Shown here: piece by piece, positions 17,751 through 25,645 of the stretch
Numbering within the stretch: position 1 is the first letter of the stretch
How the letters are laid out: each line of letters opens with the position of its first letter
IMG/VR virus record: IMGVR_UViG_3300030325_000003
Span: 1-26,665 of that record
Strand: one strand, 5' to 3'
Length of the DNA stretch: 26,665 nucleotides
Origin: a virus
Taxonomy: Duplodnaviria; Caudoviricetes
Made by a program: the position numbers and the translations under genes
Notes under the pieces: generated by a model
What the model was told of the DNA's origin: nothing
Databases searched by the model: none
What the model saw: only the letters and a program-made list of their open reading frames with translations

Positions 17751-18127
17751 CCCGTCACCTGCTTCTCGGGTTGATTGTCAGCCAGTGGGGGTGCGTAGGC
17801 GCGTCGTACGGCGTCCCAATCCCCCGTCTCGGCGTAGAGTTGCTCGACGTACTTCCGTTCATCCTCGCGGGCGAACTCGTCGTCCCATCCCGCAATCCGT
17901 GCGGCAAGATCGGCGGGCATCGGGTGACGGTCCTTCGGCTTCTCGGCGCGCGACTCGGCCAGTTTGATTTCGCGTTCGGCGACCAGCGCATAGCGGGCGC
18001 GAATCTTGTTGCGGTCGGAGGCGATGTCGGCCTGTCGCTTCCACTTGGCTTCGAGGATCGGCAGGAGCCGGACGGAAAGCCAATAGGCAAAGCCGACGAG
18101 GAGTGCGGTGACGAGGATCGCGGTCAC
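17747..18127 (-). CDS. hypothetical protein with N-terminal TM helix, coupled to the portal
   Basis: MTAILVTALLVGFAYWLSVRLL then coiled coil. GTGA overlap upstream and ATGA overlap with the portal start. Confidence 0.7.
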   Translation of the reverse strand: MTAILVTALLVGFAYWLSVRLLPILEAKWKRQADIASDRNKIRARYALVAEREIKLAESRAEKPKDRHPMPADLAARIAGWDDEFAREDERKYVEQLYAETGDWDAVRRAYAPPLADNQPEKQVTG

Positions 18128-18516
18128 GGAGCCTTGATCTTGTCGCCGGAGAAGCTGATGGTCTGCACAACCGAGCCGCCCGCCGAACCGACCTTGGCGT
18201 GCAGGACCGCGCCCCGCGAACTGCGAAGCGGCTTCTGCGAGAAGTCGAAGTTGTAGACGAAGGGACCCGTTGCCGAAATCTCGGCCTGCCAGATGACCGT
18301 CGTGCCGTCCTCAATCGTGAACACCGACACAGCGGGGGCCGCTGAGTAGGAGAGCGTCACGTAGAAGATACGGGCTATCTGGTCAGCGGCGGGCGTCAGG
18401 GTCGCGTCGAGCGCAGTCGCCGTGGCCGTCATAATCGTGGTCGTCGCGGGCTGGCCGAACAGGAGGACTTCTGCGGCACCGCTGATACCGGAAAGCGTGC
18501 TGGTCGTCGTGGCCAT
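18124..18516 (-). CDS. Thr/Ser-rich beta-sandwich protein, probably virion-associated
   Basis: GGAG RBS. About a quarter Ser+Thr by hand count (32 of 130). FTIEDGTTVIW and PLRSSRG fit a jelly-roll-like pattern. Confidence 0.65.
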   Translation of the reverse strand: MATTTSTLSGISGAAEVLLFGQPATTTIMTATATALDATLTPAADQIARIFYVTLSYSAAPAVSVFTIEDGTTVIWQAEISATGPFVYNFDFSQKPLRSSRGAVLHAKVGSAGGSVVQTISFSGDKIKAP

Positions 18517-18519
18517 CGG

Positions 18520-18783
18520 TTACTCCGCCTGTTCCGCGACTGACCGGCGTGCGTCCGCCGTGATCGTCGCAAGGTTATTGATCCCTTCCGTGAGGCCCGT
18601 GTTGATCGGCGGACCCGAGCGATCCGTGTAGAGGGCAACGCCTGCGTCCGCTGGCATCTTGGGCTCGTTCGCCACGGGAGCGGGTTTGGCAGGCGCGGCG
18701 ACAAAGACGGAAATCGGCGTCGGCACGTCAGGCGTCGGCGGGACTGACTTGTGTGTGGGGTGGGCCTTCGGTTTGCGTGCCAT
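18520..18783 (-). CDS. hypothetical protein, Pro-rich with basic N-terminus
   Basis: AAGGA RBS; tiles within the operon. Confidence 0.6.
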   Translation of the reverse strand: MARKPKAHPTHKSVPPTPDVPTPISVFVAAPAKPAPVANEPKMPADAGVALYTDRSGPPINTGLTEGINNLATITADARRSVAEQAE

Positions 18784-18797
18784 CGTGTGTCCTTGTG

Positions 18798-19232
18798 TTA
18801 GGCGTCGTCAATGACGAACGCATTGAGTCGATCCAACTTTTCGCCAGCAAATACGATGTTCCCCAACTCCGACACCTTCACCGTCTTCGCCCCCACCAGC
18901 GGACAATCCTGCGAGAACAATGCTTCCAAATCCGCAACGAACGCCTTTTGGTCTTCGAGTTCGATCCCTTGTCCATCCTCGGTCTTGACTGGGTTCCCGT
19001 CGGCATCTTTCTTCGCGTGCTTCACCGCCAACTTCTCGCGTTCGGCGAGAATGTCTGGGAGCGCCTCGCGCGCCAGCCGAAGCGAGCGCCGCAGGGTATT
19101 TGATGCAGGAAGTGGCGTGTCGATGGCGACGAGTTCCACCAGCGCCCCTTTCTTTTCTGGGTTGAAGGGCTCGAACGGGTCGAGGATGGCATTCCAGATA
19201 TCGAAGTTCTTGGTAGCGAGCGTGTCGGTCAT
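18798..19232 (-). CDS. hypothetical helical protein, DUF1617-like (144 aa)
   Basis: Start revised to ATG 19232 (GAGG RBS). EREKLAVKHAKKDADGNPV...FVADLEALF resembles DUF1617-type phage proteins, from memory. Confidence 0.65.
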   Translation of the reverse strand: MTDTLATKNFDIWNAILDPFEPFNPEKKGALVELVAIDTPLPASNTLRRSLRLAREALPDILAEREKLAVKHAKKDADGNPVKTEDGQGIELEDQKAFVADLEALFSQDCPLVGAKTVKVSELGNIVFAGEKLDRLNAFVIDDA

Positions 19233-19243
19233 TGATCCTCGGT

Positions 19244-19630
19244 CTAGGTTGGGAACAGGTCTTTCGGATGATCGGAGATGCCGGTAATGGCGTGTTTGGA
19301 TTCGTGCGCCATCAGCCACGACTCGTCCGGGTCCTTCACGCCTTCGTGCAGGAGGAGCGTGCCGTGCGTGTCGCCAGTAATCGCGTTCGGCGGCAGGACC
19401 TTCGCGATCCCGAAGGGCGAGCGTAGCCCGTCCGGCCACTCGCGCAACGTCACCAGACAGTCGGGCGACTGGATGACGAACCCACGCTCCCGACACCACG
19501 CCACCTGCTCGGCGTAGATGCGGGCGAGCTTGGCGAGCCGTGCGGGATCGGTGACGCGCACGGCCTGATCCCACGAGGTCGGCGCGGGCTTCCAGCCGAA
19601 CAGGCGACGGAGCCAGTTGAGGAAGCGCAT
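19244..19630 (-). CDS. small putative zincin metallopeptidase (HExxH)
   Basis: WLMAHESKHAITG followed by DHP, preceded by a beta strand (GTLLLH). N-terminal amphipathic helix FLNWLRRLFGW. Confidence 0.6.
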   Translation of the reverse strand: MRFLNWLRRLFGWKPAPTSWDQAVRVTDPARLAKLARIYAEQVAWCRERGFVIQSPDCLVTLREWPDGLRSPFGIAKVLPPNAITGDTHGTLLLHEGVKDPDESWLMAHESKHAITGISDHPKDLFPT

Positions 19631-19633
19631 CGC

Positions 19634-20416
19634 TTACGCCGAAGTCGTGAAGGGCGTCCACGTTCCCGCACCATCCGTATTCACGTACAAGCGGGTCGTG
19701 GTGCTGGAACCGCCTGTGTTGATGCAGAGCGATCCCTTCGGTCTGGTATGCGTCGGCGCGTCGGTCGTCGCTTCGATAGTGAGGAGGCCAGAGTACAGTT
19801 TGATGGGCGCGCCAGCCGCCGCCGCACCTGCCGTCGCGGGAGCCGCAGTCGCGCCATAGATCGAGGCCGTTGCGCTGATCGCCGCTGTCGTCACCCCCGT
19901 CAACGCGCCCGTGATGGCGAGGGCACCGCTAAACGTCGCGGCGTGGGCCGTACCAACAATCGACAGCCCTGCCACTCCATTGCCCGTTGCAATGGTGATT
20001 GTATCGGTGGTGTTGTTGAACTTGATGTGATTGCTGACGCTCACGCCGACCCAAGTATCATTCGTGTTTAGGGTGATATTCCCGTTCGCCGCTACCGCCC
20101 CCGTCGCCGCCGTGACGACGAACGTGGACGCGCCGACGGTGAGATCGCCAATTGAGTAGACCTTCTTGGCGGAGTAGATGCCGCCCGAGACGACAAGCGC
20201 CCCCGCTGGTCCTGCCGTGGCCTGTGTCGTATTCGTGATCGACACCACGCCAGCGAACGAGGTCGCACCCGTAAATACGGGCGACGTGATAAGGTTCGCG
20301 ATGGCGAGCTGGACCGTCGCGAGTTCGCTCAGGCCCTGATTCGTGTAGCCAGCGGCGGCGAGTGCGGCAGACAGCGCGGAGGATGCTTCACCGTTGGAAT
20401 TGACGGTCGTAGCCAT
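19634..20416 (-). CDS. putative head/tail fibre protein, Thr/Ala/Gly-rich (260 aa)
   Basis: Start revised to MATTVNS (GGAG RBS). Fibre-like repeat GALVVSGGIYSAKK and C-terminal PKGSLCINTGG...RLYVNTDG..TW. Confidence 0.7.
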   Translation of the reverse strand: MATTVNSNGEASSALSAALAAAGYTNQGLSELATVQLAIANLITSPVFTGATSFAGVVSITNTTQATAGPAGALVVSGGIYSAKKVYSIGDLTVGASTFVVTAATGAVAANGNITLNTNDTWVGVSVSNHIKFNNTTDTITIATGNGVAGLSIVGTAHAATFSGALAITGALTGVTTAAISATASIYGATAAPATAGAAAAGAPIKLYSGLLTIEATTDAPTHTRPKGSLCINTGGSSTTTRLYVNTDGAGTWTPFTTSA

Positions 20417-20417
20417 T

Positions 20418-20867
20418 TCAGGACTCCAAGGAGATCGGACGCGGGGCCGTATTGTGCCCCTCGGTAAACAGCGTTTGCAACTTCTTCCGATAGGCGAGCG
20501 AGGCCGCCACGGCCTGCTCCTGCGACATCGCGGGATCGCCCCAGACCAGAACCACACCGCCGGGATCGTTCGGGAGTTCGTACGCACCGAGGTAAATCCC
20601 GCCGTCAGGGCGGACGTAGGCTTCAATCCCTTCCTTCGTGCGCGGGACATTATGGAAGTCGTCGGGCACCATCGGGGCATCCTTGGCGAACGCCAGCAAC
20701 AGCACGCAACACGTCGCGGGGCCTGCACTCACGGTCGGCGACAATGCGTCACCCGACACGGAGATCAGGCCCTTGGACGATTCTTTCTTGGCCTTCTTGG
20801 CCAACTGCTTCATCCCTGCCTTCATTCCGAGGAATGCGGTGCGGGGATCGTAGGTGCGTTCACTCAT
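20418..20867 (-). CDS. hypothetical protein (149 aa)
   Basis: Start revised to MSERTYDP, overlapping the upstream stop by 8 nt; high-GC3 coding pattern. Confidence 0.6.
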   Translation of the reverse strand: MSERTYDPRTAFLGMKAGMKQLAKKAKKESSKGLISVSGDALSPTVSAGPATCCVLLLAFAKDAPMVPDDFHNVPRTKEGIEAYVRPDGGIYLGAYELPNDPGGVVLVWGDPAMSQEQAVAASLAYRKKLQTLFTEGHNTAPRPISLES

Positions 20868-21051
20868 GGAATGATCCCATAAAAGCGGTGTCTCGCGTGG
20901 CAACTTCCCCATAGGGCTGGTTGGTAATGACGGCCATCGCGTAGGATCGGGCGGCGTCGGCGATCTTGTTCGCCGGATACGTGTTCGGAAGGCGCTTGGC
21001 GGCATCAAGAAGTTCGACCGCCGCCTGCTTTTCTGCGGGGCTATACGCCAT
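20860..21051 (-). CDS. hypothetical protein (63 aa)
   Basis: MAYSPAEKQAAVELL..., GAGG RBS inside the terL 3' end, 11-nt overlap with terL. Confidence 0.55.
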   Translation of the reverse strand: MAYSPAEKQAAVELLDAAKRLPNTYPANKIADAARSYAMAVITNQPYGEVATRDTAFMGSFHE

Positions 21052-22546
21052 CAGCGTCCTCGGCAAACTGGTTTTGGGCCTCGTCGAGGCCGTGGCGGAT
21101 GGTGTAGGTGCGGCGGTCGATGGTGCCGTCCTCCAACTGACGTGCGCCATACGCCTGCGGCTCCCACGGGAGGGGAGCGCCCTTGCCATCCGCGACGTTC
21201 GTTGTCACGTTGGGGGGAAGGGGCTCGACAGGATCAAATGTCGGGGTAGAAATCGCGTAGCGTCCGCAATCGCTGCCATCGTCACCGTTCAGGCCCTTCT
21301 CGTTCGCATCCCGCTTCATCGGTACGTTCGGATTGAGTGCATCCGGGATCAACGACGCGAACTCCGAGACTGCCCGACGGTTCCCTTCGGTGTCCAGTAT
21401 ACGTAAAGTCAACTGTCCGCGCAAGATAGGGCCGGGCTTGGGCGGGGCAAAGAACCTCCGCATGACCTTCGCGCCAGCCATCCGGTCAATATTCGCGCGC
21501 TCCAAGCGAATCGAGTACCGCTCAAATACATCAGCGACCGTTTCCGTCGCGGCACTATGCGCCTTCCGCTCCGCAAACGCATCGTGTCCCGCATAGACTG
21601 TCCGCAAGCATCGTCGGTCAGCCCACCCACTAATGGTCGCGGCCTGCTCCTCGTCCTGAAAGCGGTGCATATACAGCGTGTCTCGCCAGTAGATCGTGTC
21701 CTTGACCCGCGACAACTGACAGAACACCGCTGGATGGGCAAACCCCCAGTCGAACCCTCCCCAATGCTCGTGCCAGTCCTTGAACTCCGGGGCCTGTGAC
21801 TGCGGGAGCCAGAGATGGCTGGATTCCATCAACTCGGGGTAGAACAGACCGAGCGCCATATCCCAATCGCCCGAGATCATCGCGGCTTGTACCGACGGCG
21901 GAAAGTCCTTGAGGCCAATCCAGTACTCAGGCGGTAGCATAGGATTGTCTTTCGCCGTTCCGGGGCAATAGGACCGCGTACGACCTGTTTCGGAGTCCGT
22001 AAAGACCTTCTCTCCCATCTTTCCGCATACGTCAATGAACCGGCGCTTGACCCAATCTCTGCCCGGACCAATTGGGTTCGCGGAAGCCCGTGCGCGAAGC
22101 GGAACGGTCGGATCGGTGGACCGGATACGCGAGAGAAGCATCTGCCACGGAAACTCGTCGGGCAGTTGGCACAATTCATCGAACAGCACGGCGGAAAATT
22201 CGCGACCCAAGTAGCGGGAAATCTCCACGATACCATCGCCGTAACCACACTCTACCGTTCCACCGCTGGGAAACGTCCACCGCTTCTCCGACTCCTTCCA
22301 CGTCGCCCCAAGTTGCGGGTACATAACCTGCATCCGATCCATAACATCCCGAAGATCGGTGTAGTTCGTGCGGAGGAACAGGACCGACGCTTTCGGATGT
22401 TGGGCGTAGCGCGCGCCGAGCGCGATAAGACATTGAGTCTTGCCCGGACCTACTGATCCCCCTCCGAGCGCCTCAAACTCAGCTCGCTTGATGAACTTCG
22501 TTTGGAAGCCCGGAAACGGTTTCCAGATGATCGGGAGGTCAGCCAT
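21041..22546 (-). CDS. terL: terminase large subunit
   Basis: Walker A GGSVGPGKT, Walker B VLFDE, coupling motif ASANP, RNase H-like GFDWGFAHP and C-terminal DDGSDCGRY. Confidence 0.95.
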   Translation of the reverse strand: MADLPIIWKPFPGFQTKFIKRAEFEALGGGSVGPGKTQCLIALGARYAQHPKASVLFLRTNYTDLRDVMDRMQVMYPQLGATWKESEKRWTFPSGGTVECGYGDGIVEISRYLGREFSAVLFDELCQLPDEFPWQMLLSRIRSTDPTVPLRARASANPIGPGRDWVKRRFIDVCGKMGEKVFTDSETGRTRSYCPGTAKDNPMLPPEYWIGLKDFPPSVQAAMISGDWDMALGLFYPELMESSHLWLPQSQAPEFKDWHEHWGGFDWGFAHPAVFCQLSRVKDTIYWRDTLYMHRFQDEEQAATISGWADRRCLRTVYAGHDAFAERKAHSAATETVADVFERYSIRLERANIDRMAGAKVMRRFFAPPKPGPILRGQLTLRILDTEGNRRAVSEFASLIPDALNPNVPMKRDANEKGLNGDDGSDCGRYAISTPTFDPVEPLPPNVTTNVADGKGAPLPWEPQAYGARQLEDGTIDRRTYTIRHGLDEAQNQFAEDADGV

Positions 22547-24032
22547 TCAGACGTGCCACCACGGCGTCGAGTACGTCGTCCCACACCATCGGGGCGCTCT
22601 GCTGTATCTGCTCCACGCTCGGATACCACTCGGTCTTGCCGGTTCCCGAGAGCCAGCGCCATTCGTGGTTATACCGTTGGAGCATCAGCGTCGGTACTCC
22701 GAGGCTTCCGGCCATGTGGGCGGTCAGGGTATCGACGCAGATGACCATATCCAGCCCCGCGACCACCTGCGCGGTGTCATACACGTCGTTGCAGCCCTCC
22801 AATCCATTTATACAGTCGTTGCCGAGCCACGCGCGGAGCCGCAAATCAGCGTTCGGGTCCCATTGGAGGTTCACCCACGTCACGTCCTTGACCGGCGCGA
22901 GCCGAATGAGCTTGTCGTGCGGCACCGAACGATAGATGTCCGATGGATTGCCCGCCGCCCCGTGCCACGCGAGGCCGATCTTGCGTTTCGTCCCTTCAAT
23001 CACCTTCGGCAAGGCGATATGGGGTGCGATTGGCGGCGGAATCGTCTCGACGGTCGTCCCCAAGAGGTACGGCAAGGACATGAAGCTCGCGTGGTGCGTG
23101 TAGCCCTTCGGTTTGTCGCTATCCCGCACGAAAATGTCGATGTCCGGCATCGCGTTCGCCATCCAGCGCCTCAAGGTCGCACGGGTTTCCATGCCAAACA
23201 CCGGAATCCCCCGGTCTTTGGCCTCACGGACGAAGCGCGCGAACTGGACATGATCGCCCAAGCCTTGTTCCCCGTGGAACAATACGGATTCGCCCGCCTT
23301 CAGGGGCTCCCCGTGCCAGATTTGCGCGCCCAAGTCCTTTCGGCCATACCCACGGACGAACTCAATGTCCCGCCAGCGGGCCTCGAACAAGCGCCAGCCC
23401 TCGGTCCAGTTGCCACGACGGAGATGGATATACGCTTGGGCCATCATTCCCGAGTCGTGGCGGGCGTCCAAGTGGATCGCACGGTCCCAGTACTCGTTGG
23501 CCTTGGCCTTGTCGCCCAACTGCGCCAGTGCGGTCCCCCAGTTGGCCCACGTTTCGACCTGTCCGGCGTCGAGGCGCGCGGCTTTCTGGTAGTACTCGCA
23601 GGCTTCGGCGTCCTTGCCACAGTCCTGAATGAACCGCCCGACGTTGTGGCAGGCCACCGCATCGTCCGGTGCCACCTCGTAGGCCGCGATGGTCAGGTCT
23701 TCGGCGCACTTTCGCCAGCCTTCGATGAGATGGCCGGGCGCGTCGGTCCCCGCCCCCCGCAGGCCGAAGTACGCGGCACTCGCACACGTCGCGCCGAAGT
23801 AGAGGACGGGCCGTGAGAACGGTTCCTTCTCGGCACACACACCGAACCAGTAGAGGGCGGTCTTGTAGTCGTTCGCTTCCATCGCCGTCAACGCCTTGTG
23901 CAACGGCTCTTGGATGTGCGGCGGGACGACTTCGCGCCACGTCGGGGTGCCAATGGTCGCCATTTCGCCGGGCTTGGCCTTCATGATCTTGACGCGGGCA
24001 CTCGAATGGGTAATGGGCTTCTTACGCGCCAT
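22539..24032 (-). CDS. TPR-containing GT-B (GT9-like / FlmG-FlbA-like) glycosyltransferase (497 aa)
   Basis: TPR repeats (ACHNVGRF..., TWANWGTAL...) then EQGLGDHVQFARF, MSLP, IGLAWHG and LDMVICVDTLTAHMAGSLGVP. Start revised to MARKKP (GGAG RBS). Confidence 0.9.
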   Translation of the reverse strand: MARKKPITHSSARVKIMKAKPGEMATIGTPTWREVVPPHIQEPLHKALTAMEANDYKTALYWFGVCAEKEPFSRPVLYFGATCASAAYFGLRGAGTDAPGHLIEGWRKCAEDLTIAAYEVAPDDAVACHNVGRFIQDCGKDAEACEYYQKAARLDAGQVETWANWGTALAQLGDKAKANEYWDRAIHLDARHDSGMMAQAYIHLRRGNWTEGWRLFEARWRDIEFVRGYGRKDLGAQIWHGEPLKAGESVLFHGEQGLGDHVQFARFVREAKDRGIPVFGMETRATLRRWMANAMPDIDIFVRDSDKPKGYTHHASFMSLPYLLGTTVETIPPPIAPHIALPKVIEGTKRKIGLAWHGAAGNPSDIYRSVPHDKLIRLAPVKDVTWVNLQWDPNADLRLRAWLGNDCINGLEGCNDVYDTAQVVAGLDMVICVDTLTAHMAGSLGVPTLMLQRYNHEWRWLSGTGKTEWYPSVEQIQQSAPMVWDDVLDAVVARLNG

Positions 24033-24819
24033 AGGAGTCTCCCGCGAAGACGACGTTGAAGACCATGCTATCGCGCGCCGACTTGTTGGTGAGGTTGAGG
24101 AGTGCGCCGTCGTCGCAGGGCAGGTAGGTCGTGTAGCCCCTGCTATCCATGTACGCGCGGTACTTGTCCTCGTTCGACCCCATGAAGACCAGCCCCGGGC
24201 GGTGGATTTCCGACACCACCACCAGCGGGCCGTTCGGACAACCCTTGAGCACGTTATGCTCGCCGCCCTCGACATCCACCTTCATCACGGATGGGTGCTT
24301 GGTGCAGACCGCCTCAATCGTCGTCATCCAGACCGGATAGCGTTGCGGATTGGCGCGGGACTTCGTATTGGGGGCGAGCATCCCGACATCGTAGACCGCG
24401 TGGCCCCCGTCGTTGTCCTTGTTGATCCAGAGGTCCACCACACCGCACTTGTCGCCGACCGCCATATGGAACGGCGTGACGTTAGTGAGGCCGTTGATCG
24501 CCAAGTGGTTCAGCAACCGCTGGTAGTTCTCGGGATTCGGCTCGAAGGACAGCACACGGCCACTTGGTCCAACCAAGACGGCCATGAGGAGCGTGAAGTA
24601 GCCGACGTGCGCCCCGACATCTATGACGGTATCGCCGGGCTTAATGGTCTTCATCAGGAACGCGGTGGTGGCGTTCTCGTAGTATTTGTCGGCGCAGAGG
24701 GTTTCGCTCATCTCCTTTTGGACACTCGACGACAGGTCGAAGTCCATGATGAGTCGCGCCTTGCCGACCGTGAAGATCGCGCGGCGGCGGGTCACGTCTT
24801 CCTCCACGGGAACTTCCAT
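24022..24819 (-). CDS. FkbM-family SAM methyltransferase (265 aa)
   Basis: VIDVGAHVGYF, VLSFEPNP and MKVDVEGGE motifs. Start taken at ATG 24819 (approximate). Confidence 0.92.
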   Translation of the reverse strand: MEVPVEEDVTRRRAIFTVGKARLIMDFDLSSSVQKEMSETLCADKYYENATTAFLMKTIKPGDTVIDVGAHVGYFTLLMAVLVGPSGRVLSFEPNPENYQRLLNHLAINGLTNVTPFHMAVGDKCGVVDLWINKDNDGGHAVYDVGMLAPNTKSRANPQRYPVWMTTIEAVCTKHPSVMKVDVEGGEHNVLKGCPNGPLVVVSEIHRPGLVFMGSNEDKYRAYMDSRGYTTYLPCDDGALLNLTNKSARDSMVFNVVFAGDSYGA

Positions 24820-25085
24820 CGTCCACCAGAGAGCATCAAGCCCGGAGCACACTCATACCAGCCATTCATCTTGCCAATGACTTCGAGGCACCATCTGGCG
24901 TACTTCCACCAATGCGCTAGTGCAAGGAATGGGAATAGGGGAAGGATGGCGTAGTAGGTTGTGTCGCAGTCATATCGACGGGCGTAGAACACGATGTACC
25001 ACGGCACGTTGATCTTCGGTGTGTGGTTGTAGAGGAAATAGTTATCTGCCTCGCCCATTAGTTTCCACGGTCCCAGCGATCTCAT
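24792..25085 (-). CDS. aromatic-rich hypothetical protein (97 aa), possibly membrane-associated
   Basis: ATGA coupling to the upstream methyltransferase; hydrophobic stretch YYAILPLFPFLALAHWW. Confidence 0.55.
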   Translation of the reverse strand: MRSLGPWKLMGEADNYFLYNHTPKINVPWYIVFYARRYDCDTTYYAILPLFPFLALAHWWKYARWCLEVIGKMNGWYECAPGLMLSGGRWKFPWRKT

Positions 25086-25645
25086 TTGTCCCCCTTGAAC
25101 ACCCACCATGTCGGGAAGGGCTCGTCAGTGACGGAGAGGGCGAGATGCTCGCGCGCTACGAACTCGTCCACGGCCTGCTTCACGCCGAAGTCAGCGGGGT
25201 AGCCATCGGCCACGGTCGCGTTGAGGTAGTCGTGGCCCGCGAACATCCCGCCCGGCCTCACCAACGGCCACCACGCCTCGATGTCCGCGTGGATGTTGTC
25301 GTAGTCGTGACCCGCATCTAAATAGATGCAATCGAACTGCGCCTCTGCGTCCCGCAACTGCTTCGCCGCATCCACCGAGAGCATCCGCATGGTCTGGTGG
25401 CGGTGGGCGTAGGGGGCCATGCGTTCCATGTAGCCCACGTAGACCTGTTCGAGCGTCGGTTGGGGATGGTTGAGGATGTCCTTGGCCTGCGGATTGAAGC
25501 GCCACGCATCGACGCAGATGAGGTTGCCGGGCCAGTGGTCGAGCCAGTGGACGGCGAAATCCCCGCGATAGGTGCCGACCTCGACGGCGTTGTTCGTGAG
25601 CCGGAGCGCGGAGAGGACATCGGGCAGTTGGGCGCGAGTCTTCAT
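25082..25645 (-). CDS. class I SAM methyltransferase (Methyltransf_24-like, 187 aa)
   Basis: VEVGTYRG, CVDAW and FDCIYLDAGHDY...WWPLVRPGGMFAGHDY. Start at ATG 25645 (ATGA overlap with the GT4 stop). Confidence 0.92.
   Translation of the reverse strand: MKTRAQLPDVLSALRLTNNAVEVGTYRGDFAVHWLDHWPGNLICVDAWRFNPQAKDILNHPQPTLEQVYVGYMERMAPYAHRHQTMRMLSVDAAKQLRDAEAQFDCIYLDAGHDYDNIHADIEAWWPLVRPGGMFAGHDYLNATVADGYPADFGVKQAVDEFVAREHLALSVTDEPFPTWWVFKGDK

Noticed and set aside
18798-20728. Long N-terminal extensions of track ORFs 18798-19661 and 19634-20728
   Set aside because: They overlap other plausible genes, and internal ATGs with good RBSs (19232, 20416) give clean tiling.
21041-22546. Intein in terL (Cys near Walker A: GKTQC)
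   Set aside because: Normal length, contiguous ATPase motifs and no HN-C/S/T splice junction.
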